Shown: in pieces, positions 10,559-20,860 of the stretch
Layout of the letters: every line of letters starts with the position of its first letter
Numbering within the stretch: the stretch's first letter is position 1
Assembly (NCBI GenBank): GCA_963674705.1
Contig: OY771506.1
Span: 3,744,001-3,808,000 of the forward strand
Reading direction: 5' to 3'
DNA from: Phycisphaeraceae bacterium
GTDB taxonomy: Bacteria > Planctomycetota > Phycisphaerae > Phycisphaerales > Phycisphaeraceae
DNA length: 64,000 bases
Notes under the pieces: model-generated
Database searches by the model: none
Seen by the model: the letters and a program-made list of their open reading frames with translations, nothing else
What the model was told of the DNA's origin: nothing
Made by a program: the position numbers and the translations under genes

Positions 10559-13500
10559 ATGCTTCTGTACCGATCTGTCGGCCGTCGTCCGGGTAACTTG
10601 GGTAAATCCTGTGTCACAACCAGCGGTTGGTTGTCCGCCACAGCGCTGGCTTGCCTCGGCGTTGTTTGCATCTCTAGTTACACAACGCCCGCTTACGCGG
10701 AGATTGTCTTCAACGGCCAACTGAGCAATCCTCAGTATACGGGCGACGATCCCTGGTTCATTAATGGAGATCTGGAAGTTCGCCAGCACTCGATATTCGG
10801 TGATTATCCCGATGCGCTGGTGATCAACGATGGCAGCAGTATCTACAACAACGATGGATACATAGGCGGGTTCTTCTCGTTCCAGGAAGTTCGAGTCACC
10901 GTAACAGGCAACGACTCGCTCTGGCGCAACAGCGGCAGCCTGTACATCGGTAATAGGTATGACCCCGGCGTGCTTAACATCGAAGACCAGGCACTGGTCC
11001 GTGTTGACGGCGACACATGGGTAGGATCGCCTGCTTACGATAGTGGTACTATCCACTTCGACAACGGCACACTCGAAACCTCCGGCCTCTACGCCGCCGC
11101 GACGGACCTGCTCGGCACGGGCACGATCAATACAAACACTATCGTCGGTGACATCGACCTGGTTTTCAATCAGGCAAGCGGGTTACAGCTTCAACACATT
11201 CTGAATACTGAACCCGACCAGAACGTCACCATTAATATTGACGCTTCTGATCCAGCCGCCAACCGGGCCATGGGCGCGGGGTACGACGGCGTCGGCTCGT
11301 TAACAATCTCAGATGGCATTTCGCTTACCTCAAACGAAGGCTTCCTGGGATACCTCTATCAATCGCAAGGCACAGCCAACGTCAACGGCGCGAACTCACA
11401 CTGGCAGATCAACGAGTCGCTATATGTAGGCCGCATCGGCACAGGCACACTCAATATCGAAGATGGCGGCGTCGTCACCGTCGGACTGGATACCTTTGTC
11501 GGCTTCGACGAAAATGCTTCGGGTACCATCCACCTGGATAACGGCACGCTCAACACGTCAGGCCTATGCGCCGCCACCGATGATCTGACCGGCACCGGTA
11601 CAATCAATACCCACGGCCTCGTCAGCGACATCGATCTCATCATCAGCAATCCGTCCAATCTGCAAGTGCAGAAAATCCTCAATAGCAGTCCCGACCAGAG
11701 CATCACACTCAACCTCGACGTCTCAGACCCCGCGCAAAACCGTGCGTTGGGCGCGGGCTTCAAAGGCAACGGTTCACTGACGATCGCGGAAGGCGTTTCT
11801 GTTTCTTCAACAGAGGCGATGCTCGGCTACCACGAAGGCTCTAACGGAACAGTTACTATCGCCGGTGCAAACACCGAATGGCTCATCGCCGGTCCGCTTC
11901 AGGTAGGCTACGAAGGCAACGGAACCTTGAGCATCGGACTTGGCGCTTACGTTCAGACGGCGGATGCATGGATCGCAAACAGGTCCGATTCTGTCGGCAC
12001 ATTGGCCGTCAGAGGGGTTGATTCACAATTAATCACCAGCGAAAACCTCTACGTCGGCGAACGCGGCAACGCAACGATGTCGGTCGAGGCTGGCGGATTC
12101 GTTCATAACGACAATGCCTACGTCGGTAACAGCGCCAGCGGCACAGGCACCGTCACGGTCAGCGATGCCGATTCGCTCTGGCAGGTCGACTATCAGTTTT
12201 CCATCGGCCACGAAGGCGCCGGCGAACTCACGATTCATAACGGCGGCCAAGTCTTAATCAATGAATACCATCCCCGCAACAATACCGCCGACATCGGTTT
12301 CGCCGAAGGCGCGAGTGGTAGCGTCCTTGTCACCGGCATCGGCTCGACGCTCCAGACGGACTGCCAGCTTAACATCGGTAGCGCCGGCACGGGCGTCCTC
12401 GACATTCAAGACGGCGCAACCTTAACCACGACGTCCGTACGCCTCGGTAGCGAAACCACCGGCGCCGGCACGGTCAACGTCACTGGCACGCAGTCCACAT
12501 GGACAATCGAAGATGAAATCGTCGTCGGTAAACTCGGCTTAGGCGAACTTAACATCACCAACGGCGGATCGGTAACCGGCGGGGTCTATTACCATGCGAT
12601 CTTCGCAACGATCGGCGGTGAACCCGACGCAACAGGTACAGTCCTGGTTGATGGCGCTGGCTCGCACTGGGACATGCTCGGCACACTTTCCGTTGGCATG
12701 CAAGGGACGGGCACTCTTTCGATCGCGAACGATGCCGTCGTCAATGTCAGCCGGACTACCACCGTTGCCGAAGAATCATCCGCAACAGGTACCATTAACT
12801 TCGTTAATGGAACGCTCAACACCGCCGGACTGCTCGCTTCCACCGACGACCTACTCGGCACCGGTACGATCGAGACCAAAGGCATCGTCAGTGACATCAG
12901 CCTGCAATTCGATCAAACCACCGGCCCCTACCAGCAACTGACGCTCAACACCCAGCCGAACCAGTATATTTCCATCAACATCGATGCGACCGACAGTACC
13001 GCCTATGGCACGCTCGGCGCCGGTTACCGCGGGTTCGGCAGCCTCACGGTTTCGCAAGGCGTCACGGTCAATTCCAGTTTCGGCATACTCGGCGATAAGC
13101 ACGGCTCATACGGAACCGCAGCTATTCAAGGCCAGGATTCTCGCTGGTATTCGGGCTACGAACTGACCGTCGGTAATCGCGGCATCGGGGCTATGGGCAT
13201 TACAGACGGCGCTTCGGCAGGCGGCGACTCACTCTACGTCGGTAGAGAGGCTGGAAGTTACGGCAGCATAGACGTCTCGGATAGCGGTTCAACCTTATAT
13301 GCCAACGAAGCATACATCGGTTACAACGGCACCGCTTCCCTCGATATACGTAACGGCGCGCTGCTCTCGACCGAGGATTTGTATGTCGGCTATTACGCAG
13401 ATTCGCATGGAACCCTACACCTTGCTGGCTCAGCAACCTCATGGAATACCGATAGCTTCTCCATCGGCTCCGGTGGTTCCGGCATACTTACAATCCAGGA

Positions 13501-14773
13501 TGGGGCGCAGCTTGAATTCGATGAAGACTCGTATGTTGGACAATTCCCCGGCGGGCACGGCGAGCTTACAGTGACCGGCGCCGGCTCATCTATAGGCGCA
13601 ACATCATACAACGACCTGAACGTCGGCTACCGCGGCACCGGAATACTCAATATCGAAAACGAAGCCTATGTACGAACCAGTCAGACAATGATCGGCGGCT
13701 GCGATGACGCGGTCGGCATCGCCAATGTCTCCGGCCCAGGCACCGTCTGGGATATCAACCACAGAACCATCGTCGCCTGCGAAAACACCGGCGTCCTGAA
13801 TATCAGCGATGGCGCTGTCGTTAATAACAACAGAACCAACGGCAGTGCCTACATAGGCTATGAAGCAGAATCTGCCGGCACGGTCACGGTCTCCGACACA
13901 GGATCGCAGTGGAACATCGCCGCCAATCTATATGTCGGCTACTACGGCAACGGCATGCTTAATATCGAACAAGACGCCTCCGTCAGCTTAGGAGCGAAAC
14001 TATATGTCTCCACGTACGAGTCCAGCACCGGCACCGTCAATCTCAACGGCGGCACTCTCGACCTTAACGGCAACGAGATATATGCAACCGGCCAAGGCGC
14101 TTTCAACTTCACCGACGGCACACTCAAACATGCCGCGACAATCGATCTCAAACAACCCTTCATCCAAAACGGCGGCACACTCGCCCCCGGCGGATCAATA
14201 GGTCAAACAAACATCATCGGCGACTACCAACTCACCGCCGGCAATATCGAAATCCAACTCGACGGCATCACCCATGACTACCTCTCCGCCACCGGCGACA
14301 TCGACATCGCATCACTCGACACCACGCTCAACCTCTCGATCGTCGGTTCGGTAGTGCCCGGCACGTACACACTCATCGAATCAACCGCCGGCACACTTAC
14401 CGGCCAGTTCGAGAACATCATCGGCCTGGATAGCTATCCCGGCACGTTCGATGTGCAGTACACAACAACGTCAGTCATTCTCTCACTCAACGCACTCTTA
14501 GGCGACCTCAACGCCGATGGCTTCATCGGCCTCGACGATCTCGACATCGTCCTCTTGAACTGGAACCAATCCGTCACCCCCTGGGACCTGTCCTCAGGCG
14601 ACACCACCGGCGACGGCTACGTCGGCCTCGACGACCTCGACCTCATCCTGTCCCACTGGAACCAAGGCACACCACCCAGTGACTCAACCACAATCATCCC
14701 CGAACCGAATACATTGTCACTGCTTTTTGCAGTAATGATTAGCGCAAGTACAAAACGTCGAAGAATCCTGTAA
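10559..14773 (+). CDS. Third beta-helix repeat/dockerin/PEP-CTERM paralogue
   Basis: Same architecture; IPEPNTLSLLFAVMISASTKRRR tail; start approximate. Confidence 0.9.
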   Translation: MLLYRSVGRRPGNLGKSCVTTSGWLSATALACLGVVCISSYTTPAYAEIVFNGQLSNPQYTGDDPWFINGDLEVRQHSIFGDYPDALVINDGSSIYNNDGYIGGFFSFQEVRVTVTGNDSLWRNSGSLYIGNRYDPGVLNIEDQALVRVDGDTWVGSPAYDSGTIHFDNGTLETSGLYAAATDLLGTGTINTNTIVGDIDLVFNQASGLQLQHILNTEPDQNVTINIDASDPAANRAMGAGYDGVGSLTISDGISLTSNEGFLGYLYQSQGTANVNGANSHWQINESLYVGRIGTGTLNIEDGGVVTVGLDTFVGFDENASGTIHLDNGTLNTSGLCAATDDLTGTGTINTHGLVSDIDLIISNPSNLQVQKILNSSPDQSITLNLDVSDPAQNRALGAGFKGNGSLTIAEGVSVSSTEAMLGYHEGSNGTVTIAGANTEWLIAGPLQVGYEGNGTLSIGLGAYVQTADAWIANRSDSVGTLAVRGVDSQLITSENLYVGERGNATMSVEAGGFVHNDNAYVGNSASGTGTVTVSDADSLWQVDYQFSIGHEGAGELTIHNGGQVLINEYHPRNNTADIGFAEGASGSVLVTGIGSTLQTDCQLNIGSAGTGVLDIQDGATLTTTSVRLGSETTGAGTVNVTGTQSTWTIEDEIVVGKLGLGELNITNGGSVTGGVYYHAIFATIGGEPDATGTVLVDGAGSHWDMLGTLSVGMQGTGTLSIANDAVVNVSRTTTVAEESSATGTINFVNGTLNTAGLLASTDDLLGTGTIETKGIVSDISLQFDQTTGPYQQLTLNTQPNQYISINIDATDSTAYGTLGAGYRGFGSLTVSQGVTVNSSFGILGDKHGSYGTAAIQGQDSRWYSGYELTVGNRGIGAMGITDGASAGGDSLYVGREAGSYGSIDVSDSGSTLYANEAYIGYNGTASLDIRNGALLSTEDLYVGYYADSHGTLHLAGSATSWNTDSFSIGSGGSGILTIQDGAQLEFDEDSYVGQFPGGHGELTVTGAGSSIGATSYNDLNVGYRGTGILNIENEAYVRTSQTMIGGCDDAVGIANVSGPGTVWDINHRTIVACENTGVLNISDGAVVNNNRTNGSAYIGYEAESAGTVTVSDTGSQWNIAANLYVGYYGNGMLNIEQDASVSLGAKLYVSTYESSTGTVNLNGGTLDLNGNEIYATGQGAFNFTDGTLKHAATIDLKQPFIQNGGTLAPGGSIGQTNIIGDYQLTAGNIEIQLDGITHDYLSATGDIDIASLDTTLNLSIVGSVVPGTYTLIESTAGTLTGQFENIIGLDSYPGTFDVQYTTTSVILSLNALLGDLNADGFIGLDDLDIVLLNWNQSVTPWDLSSGDTTGDGYVGLDDLDLILSHWNQGTPPSDSTTIIPEPNTLSLLFAVMISASTKRRRIL

Positions 14774-14869
14774 CACTCAACAAGAACGATTCATTCACGA
14801 AATGCAAAAACCACCATCAAAATGAGATGGCGATTTATCATTGAGTTTGTTTGCTCGTGTAGATAATAC

Positions 14870-15694
14870 CTACGCCGCGTCCGCGCGGTTCTGATCTTCC
14901 TCAGCCGAATCGTCTTCATCCAGTTTGGCTTGCGTTTCTTCGATCGCATGGTTGTGCGACTCGGCGCCCGGGTTCTCATCGATCAGACGCTGCAACAGTT
15001 TCGAGTAAATCTTCTCTTCACCAGCCGACATCGGCGGCGTCTCGATCACCGTATCCGTATCGAACTCGATCGGGATATCTGCGTTCTTCTTCGGCGGAGC
15101 AGGAGGAATCGGCGGCAACGGCTTGGATGTGTTCGGCTTCTCCTGCGCAACTTCGCTGCTTGTTTCCTGCTTAGCGTTTGTTTTCGTTGCCGATGCGTGT
15201 GGATACTTCAAGCTGTTTTGTTCGATCAGTGTTCGACTCTGATCCAGCATCGCTTCAGCGCGCTCGAGCATCTGCTGTATGCGTGCTTCACTGCTTTCAA
15301 GGTTTGATTGCACCGCATCGATCTTCTCTTCCAACTTGCGGATCGCAGTCGTGAAGCTTTCATCAATCTGGCCGATCCATTGATCGTACTGATGCAACGT
15401 CTGCGCAACATCCTGATTGACTTCATCCTTGAGTTGCTTCTGCAGAGACTTGATCTGTTGAAGCACATCCGTCTGACTCGACAACCGAGCTTCCGCCGCC
15501 TTGAACAGTTGCATCCCTAGCTTGACACGCTGTTCCGCTTGAGCCTGTACGCGCTTCAGTGCTTGCATCTGTTGCTCGGGGGTCAACGGCTGACGGTTGA
15601 AGCTCGATAGGCTGGATAGCCCTGTCAGTCCGGAGTCGCTGGTTGTAGTTGATGCGCGGCTCATCTCTTTTCCTGTTACGGGTTTACGAATCAT
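14870..15694 (-). CDS. Hypothetical coiled-coil protein
   Basis: Long Q/E/K/L-rich heptad region, Pro-rich linker, acidic tail; fills the gap between convergent and divergent neighbours. Confidence 0.7.
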   Translation of the reverse strand: MIRKPVTGKEMSRASTTTSDSGLTGLSSLSSFNRQPLTPEQQMQALKRVQAQAEQRVKLGMQLFKAAEARLSSQTDVLQQIKSLQKQLKDEVNQDVAQTLHQYDQWIGQIDESFTTAIRKLEEKIDAVQSNLESSEARIQQMLERAEAMLDQSRTLIEQNSLKYPHASATKTNAKQETSSEVAQEKPNTSKPLPPIPPAPPKKNADIPIEFDTDTVIETPPMSAGEEKIYSKLLQRLIDENPGAESHNHAIEETQAKLDEDDSAEEDQNRADAA

Positions 15695-15746
15695 TCTTTT
15701 TATCGGTTAAATGCCTGTCTGACTGCACAATACGAGCGACTGCGTT

Positions 15747-16865
15747 ATGCTCATAGCCATGAAACTAAGCCGAATCATCGAAGCATTGGAGTCGTTAGCG
15801 CCGCAACACTTAGCGGAGTCGTGGGACCAGGTGGGTTTGCATGTGGGTAATCCCGAGCAACGGGTTAGCCGTGCGATGTTGTGCATCGACCTGACTGAAT
15901 CGGTCCTGGATGAAGCGATCACGCAGCAGATACAACTGATCGTGGCCTACCATCCGCCGATCTTCAAGCCACTTGCGCGACTGACGACGACGGATCTCAA
16001 GCAACGGATCATCCACACCGCCGCCCGCAAAGGCATCGCCATCTACAGCCCGCACACCGCGTTAGATGCAGCTAAAGGCGGTGTTAACGACTGGTTAGCC
16101 TATGGTTTAGGAGCCGGCAGCGTCCGTGTCATCAAACCGTGCGACTGCACTGCCAAGCGGTTCAAGCTCGTGACATTCGTGCCGTTCGAAGCGCTGGATG
16201 CTGTCCGGACAGCGATCTGCAATGCCGGTGCAGGGCGGATCGGCGAGTATGAACTGTGTTCGTACGCCTCCGACGGTACGGGAACCTTCAAGGGTGGGAA
16301 CGCAACCTCACCCACGATCGGCCAAGCAGGGCGGTTTGAGCGGGTCGAAGAGGCCCGATTGGAGGTGCCCGTCCCAGCAAACCGGCTGGCGGACGTCCTT
16401 TCAGCCCTGCGGACTGCGCATCCATACGAGGAACCAGCCTTCGATGTCTACCCGCTCGAGTCGGTATCCGACACTCAAACCGGACAGGGGCGGGTCGTCA
16501 CGCTGGACAAACCGGTTTCTCTAACTAGCCTCACCAAAAGGATTAAGGATCATCTAGGCGTCAAGCATCTGGAGGTGACCGCGGGCATGGGCCAGTCGAG
16601 CATCCAGCGGATCGGCCTGTGTGCGGGGGCTGGGGGTTCGCTGATGTCGGATGCGGGGCCGATCGATGCCTTCTTCACCGGCGAGATGCGGCATCACGAT
16701 GCTCTGGAAGCCGCCGGCCGAGGCGTCGCGGTGATTCTGGCAGGGCATACGCAGACAGAACGTCCGTACCTGCCGACCTTCCGCGGCAATCTAAAGAAGC
16801 TGACAGGTAGTGCGGTCACCTGGCAGATCAGCCGACAAGACAAGCCCCCGACAGAAGTTAAGTAA
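15747..16865 (+). CDS. Nif3-like (YbgI/YqfO) dinuclear metal-centre protein with PII-like insert
   Basis: AESWDQVGL, AYHPPIF, SPHTALD, GGVNDWLA, HPYEEPAFD, TGEMRHH, GHTQTE. Confidence 0.92.
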   Translation: MLIAMKLSRIIEALESLAPQHLAESWDQVGLHVGNPEQRVSRAMLCIDLTESVLDEAITQQIQLIVAYHPPIFKPLARLTTTDLKQRIIHTAARKGIAIYSPHTALDAAKGGVNDWLAYGLGAGSVRVIKPCDCTAKRFKLVTFVPFEALDAVRTAICNAGAGRIGEYELCSYASDGTGTFKGGNATSPTIGQAGRFERVEEARLEVPVPANRLADVLSALRTAHPYEEPAFDVYPLESVSDTQTGQGRVVTLDKPVSLTSLTKRIKDHLGVKHLEVTAGMGQSSIQRIGLCAGAGGSLMSDAGPIDAFFTGEMRHHDALEAAGRGVAVILAGHTQTERPYLPTFRGNLKKLTGSAVTWQISRQDKPPTEVK

Positions 16866-16946
16866 CCCCCGGAAGTGCCCCCGGAAGTGCCCTCGGAAGT
16901 GCCCTCGGAAGTACCGCGGAACTGCCCTGGAACTGCCCGCACAAGT
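16866..16946 (+). repeat. Tandem array of about 7 x 11-12 bp units (GC+CCCCGGAAGT), degenerating left to right
   Basis: cccccggaagt gcccccggaagt gccctcggaagt gccctcggaagt accgcggaact gccctggaact gcccgcacaagt. Confidence 0.9.
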
Positions 16947-17100
16947 GTTTTGATGCATCGCCCAAAGCCCACCACTTGTCAGGCCACCCCGCAACCCAGC
17001 CGTTTGGCACGCGCCATGGAGCCTGTTACAATGCTGTGCTAACTATTAACCGTCGCCCCGGACCGGCCGGGGCTGCCAAACCGAGACGGAGATTACTCTC

Positions 17101-17340
17101 ATGGCTGAATTCCAATCGTTCGGCGCAACCCGCGTCAAAGTCGTCGTTAAGAGCAGCAACGGCACCGATTACGTCGACTACAAGCGTTCCGACGACCTGC
17201 GTCGCCTGCTGACCCCCAACGGCAAGATCCAGGGCCGAAAGCGCACCGGCCTCAGCGCCCGCGAACAGCGCCTCGCCGCCCAGGCCATCAAGCGCGGCCG
17301 CTACATGGGCCTGCTCCCCTACACCAGCGCGACCCTCTAA
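17101..17340 (+). CDS. rpsR: 30S ribosomal protein S18 (no Cys zinc ligands)
   Basis: VDYK..L..L..NGKI..RKRTG..A..QR..A.AIKR.R..GLLPY signature. Confidence 0.95.
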   Translation: MAEFQSFGATRVKVVVKSSNGTDYVDYKRSDDLRRLLTPNGKIQGRKRTGLSAREQRLAAQAIKRGRYMGLLPYTSATL

Positions 17341-17379
17341 GCGACTCCCCGCTTAGCTGACAACAACCAAAAACATGCG

Positions 17380-17417
17380 CACATCCGGCCGAACATCAGC
17401 GGCTGGATGTGTTTTTT
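17380..17417 (+). terminator. Rho-independent terminator of rpsR
   Basis: cacatccggccg / cggctggatgtg stem followed by T6. Confidence 0.8.
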
Positions 17418-17709
17418 CATTTCGCTCCGGCATCAACGATCGACCCGGCTTCGGCCTATCACCTCCACCCGCCTTAAGCAAATTCGTCACACACGACCCC
17501 CCACTTATCCACCACCCAATGCGCGCACGGTCCTGTCGTGATTGACCCGCGCGCGCATATCTGTGAATGGCGGTGAAGCCCGGATTTGTGCTGCCCGTCA
17601 ATACGCGAACAAGAGTCTTGAAGTTGTGCGATGGTTATGGTAACGATGGAAAAAAGGCAAGAGCGTTCACGTTCTTAGCCATGTCGGGCGTCGAAGTGCA
17701 ATTGTTCGA

Positions 17710-17928
17710 TGTAGGGTGGTGATAAGCGAAGCGCAACCCACCATGATGTAGTTTGAGGTGCAAATGCAAAAGACGCCGTCATACAATGGGATGTGTACTG
17801 CGGTATTTGATATGTTGCCACCAAACAGCATGTGGATTGGTGATGATGTGTGCGGCTACCGATGAATAGTATTATGTTGAGTTAATGTGTAACCGTGGTG
17901 GGTATCGCTTCGCTCCACCCACCCTACA
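17710..17928. repeat. Inverted pair of GTAG-class REPs (REPIN-like) around an AT-rich spacer of about 150 bp
   Basis: GTAGGGTGG..AGCGAAGCG..ACCCACCA at 17711-17743 and its reverse complement TGGTGGGT..CGCTTCGCT..CCACCCTAC at 17896-17927. Confidence 0.8.
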
Positions 17929-17981
17929 GTAAGAACCCGTGCTACTTGCTGGGGCGTGAGGACATCGTAGGGATTAATAAG

Positions 17982-18725
17982 ATGTGGCAAGATACATTAA
18001 GCTTTCAAGGCATCGATAACATCCAGTGTTTGTTGGATGCGCCTCGCATTACATCCATACGCATCGTCAGAAAGAAACGGAAAAAAAAGAAGTGGGACGA
18101 GTGGGACGTACTTGAAAAGATGCTTGACCTGCAAGAAGCGGTAGAAGAAGGTAAGCTTGAAGTCAGCAAACAGTCGTTCATGATATATCTTTCCGGTTAC
18201 TTTGCTGGGCTTAATGAAGAGCTGTATATGTCTGTCTGCGAGAAGAATCTCGGTGATTATCTTGGAGGCGTAGTGCAGGCGTTTGTGTGCAATGGCTACG
18301 AGGTCAATAAGCCGCCTACGAACATTGGCGATGATAATCTGTTGGACTGCCGGATCTTTGCCGACTCGGTAGAGTCAGTATCAGGCGATCAATCGAAGGC
18401 GGTGGACTTCATCGTGGGGCATGATGAGGTGATATGTGCGGTGCTGCTAAAAGCCTTATTCGAATCGTTTCGTGACTTTATGAAAAACGGCAAGCCCATG
18501 AAGGGATTCAAAGAAAAGCCTACCACGGTCGAAGCGATGCGGACGCTGTGTACCTGTGAAGGGGTTTGCGTGAGTGACGAAAGTTACCAGGGCATGGCTT
18601 ATACGGAATTCTCTTTTTCGGTCGTGTGGCTGGGCCCGGATCAGTGGTTGATGGCGGTCATGCATGGCGACCGCCTGGTCCACATGGGCGGTTCCGGCGA
18701 TAACTGGGAGGATCCGGAGGCGTAG
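17982..18725 (+). CDS. Hypothetical protein; C-terminus reminiscent of DUF2004/DUF6985-type proteins
   Basis: Lower-GC ORF; the upstream GTG start lies inside the REP, so ATG 17982 is preferred; C-terminal W....L.AVMHGDRLVHMG. Confidence 0.55.
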   Translation: MWQDTLSFQGIDNIQCLLDAPRITSIRIVRKKRKKKKWDEWDVLEKMLDLQEAVEEGKLEVSKQSFMIYLSGYFAGLNEELYMSVCEKNLGDYLGGVVQAFVCNGYEVNKPPTNIGDDNLLDCRIFADSVESVSGDQSKAVDFIVGHDEVICAVLLKALFESFRDFMKNGKPMKGFKEKPTTVEAMRTLCTCEGVCVSDESYQGMAYTEFSFSVVWLGPDQWLMAVMHGDRLVHMGGSGDNWEDPEA

Positions 18726-18834
18726 TAAATAGGCTCGATAAACGGTACGTTTTATCACTGCGTGATCAAAGTTTGGCGCCCCGGCGTGATCGCATGTTCG
18801 ATGTGATATCAATAGAATATGCATTGAGGTTTTA

Positions 18835-19305
18835 TTGAAGAATAATCATCGAGGCAAGCATATACTTCTTGTGGTGAACACCATGATGTCGGGGCTGTAT
18901 GCCGGCTTTGTAACATCTTCTTTTCTATTTCAGCGTTTTGAGTTGTCAGACACTGAAAATCGTGGTGTTTCTTGTGCCGTCATCATCTCGGTTTTGCTGG
19001 CCGTCTTGTTTGGGATTATGGCGTATGTTTCGCCGCAGAGTCCGCCTGAAAAGTCGCTCAAATACTACCTCGCTCGCGAATTGATGATATTTCTACTCAT
19101 CTTAATCGCCATCGCAGTGGTTGGAATATGCTCTGCGGTTGCAATGCTGCCTGAAAACAAAGACATGGAATTTGTCAGAGTACTTATTCTGATCGTTGCG
19201 ATTGCATACTTACTATATAGCTATCTGGTAATGCTAGCTGCGATAATCGGTGTATCTGTTGAAGTAATAAGGCGGGGCGGAAACGTAGCAGCAGATAGCA
19301 AGTAG
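18835..19305 (+). CDS. Hypothetical 4-TM membrane protein
   Basis: gaggt RBS before TTG; four hydrophobic segments; AT-rich. Confidence 0.6.
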   Translation: MKNNHRGKHILLVVNTMMSGLYAGFVTSSFLFQRFELSDTENRGVSCAVIISVLLAVLFGIMAYVSPQSPPEKSLKYYLARELMIFLLILIAIAVVGICSAVAMLPENKDMEFVRVLILIVAIAYLLYSYLVMLAAIIGVSVEVIRRGGNVAADSK

Positions 19306-19404
19306 CATGGGATCAACATCACCATGTAAGACGGCAATCCATACTTATTACCGCGTGATTAAAGTGAGATTGCCAGTAGTAATGGCTGTGTATTCAATCC
19401 GCAA

Positions 19405-19441
19405 CGGCCCTCACCCCGGCCCTCTCCCGGGGGGAGAGGGG
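19405..19441. repeat. Family A REP (CGGCCCTCACCCCGGCCCTCTCCC-N-GGGAGAGGG)
   Basis: Near-identical to the copies at 3323 and 30444. Confidence 0.85.
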
Positions 19442-19510
19442 GAGGATGTGGCGTCAGCAATCAGATGCCATAGTTCAACTGAATCTATTTCTGCTTTGCT
19501 GAATCTTGAT

Positions 19511-20593
19511 TCAACTTGTTTGGTGTTTGCGTGAGAAGCAGCAGAGGCAGCCCATGATGCATAGCGATACGAGGCTCATCGGTTCGGGTATCTGTGTGGC
19601 GTAGATGCTCAGCAGGTCGGTGCCTTCTTCGTGGGCGGACCAGACGATGTAGCCGTCGTCGATCACCGGGCTGCGTTCGTCGGCGAGGGTGGTGCTGACG
19701 GGGAAGATGCTGCCGGTGATGATGTCCATGCCGTAGATATCGTAGTCGCCACGTCTGGTCTGTTCGGCCCAGACCATGAATCGGCCATCGATGTCGGGCA
19801 TGGTTCGTCTGATACCGATGGCGGGCAGGTTGGTGAGGTATTCGAGTGTGTTGACGTTTCTGCCGTAGATGCTGTAATCGCCATTGCCGCCGTTGATATC
19901 GTCGTACCAGACGACGGTTTGGCCATCGAATCTTGCCCATGTACTGATGATGCCCCCGATTTCGACAACTTGACCTGTGTTGATGTCTTTGACGCTTATG
20001 CCGTAGCCGTCGGTGTACATCACTTTGCCCTCGGCCGTTTCGCCGTGATATTCATAGCCTGTCGTTTGGACGACCGGAACGGAAACGCCGGTGGTCAGGT
20101 CCATGGCGTAGATGTCGGACCGCAATTGGTTGCTGTTATTACGGCCATCCTCATACACCAGTAGGTTGCCATCAAGATCGGGTCGGATCTCGGGCCAGTC
20201 TGTATTCGTGACATTGGTAAGTGAGTCAGATTGGATGTCGTATAAGAAGAGATCTTGAGCAGGGGACATGTCTGTGTAGACGCTGAAGACGATGCGTGAT
20301 TCTTCAATGACCGGCGGGTAAACCCTGTGTGGGGTGGATGTGGCGAGGCCTTGATTACCAGATGCCAGGTCACGCCACATTACTTCGTTGTTGTTCCCGT
20401 TTCTCTGAACCCATGTGACAATGCCCCCATCCAAACCCCATCTTTCATCGGGGCTGGCCAGGTCCGGAACGGACTGATGCGCGATCGTGATGATGTCGGA
20501 TGCGGAAGCGGGCTGCTGGCAGAGCCCGAAACCAAGAGCGCAGGATATGAAGCAAGCGCAAATAAAACGCGCCGGTGTAGCAAAATATTGCAT
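19511..20593 (-). CDS. Secreted beta-propeller repeat protein with PEP-CTERM tail
   Basis: RBS gggagg; signal peptide; repeated P.IDG..VW.D.R....DIY..D..TG units; IPEP, TM and RK tail. Confidence 0.85.
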   Translation of the reverse strand: MQYFATPARFICACFISCALGFGLCQQPASASDIITIAHQSVPDLASPDERWGLDGGIVTWVQRNGNNNEVMWRDLASGNQGLATSTPHRVYPPVIEESRIVFSVYTDMSPAQDLFLYDIQSDSLTNVTNTDWPEIRPDLDGNLLVYEDGRNNSNQLRSDIYAMDLTTGVSVPVVQTTGYEYHGETAEGKVMYTDGYGISVKDINTGQVVEIGGIISTWARFDGQTVVWYDDINGGNGDYSIYGRNVNTLEYLTNLPAIGIRRTMPDIDGRFMVWAEQTRRGDYDIYGMDIITGSIFPVSTTLADERSPVIDDGYIVWSAHEEGTDLLSIYATQIPEPMSLVSLCIMGCLCCFSRKHQTS

Positions 20594-20860
20594 GGTCTTT
20601 CTCTCCTCCCAGATTGTTGTTACTACAAGACGATCAAGTATATAAATCTGTGGAGGATAGGGCAACAGAAAAAATGAAGATGGATCGGGAGGTGTCAGAT
20701 ATGAATCGGCCAGGTCGGGCGGCAAGAAGTGTGGATGCGTGATACGAAGTTTCTGCGTGCTGAAAGGTCCGCACCCACTACTGGCCTACGGCGGATGCTC
20801 GGTGTATTTTGATGAACATATCTGACGCATTGAGTTGGGATATCATCATAGGGGGCAATC

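Noticed and set aside
9672..14704. DGR template/variable repeat pair
   Set aside because: Differences are not adenine-specific, both copies are coding, and no reverse transcriptase is in the window
16866..16946. CRISPR array
   Set aside because: Units are 11-12 bp with no unique spacers, and no cas genes are present
17895..19305. Integron cassette array
   Set aside because: No convincing RYYYAAC..GTTRRRY attC sites and no integrase
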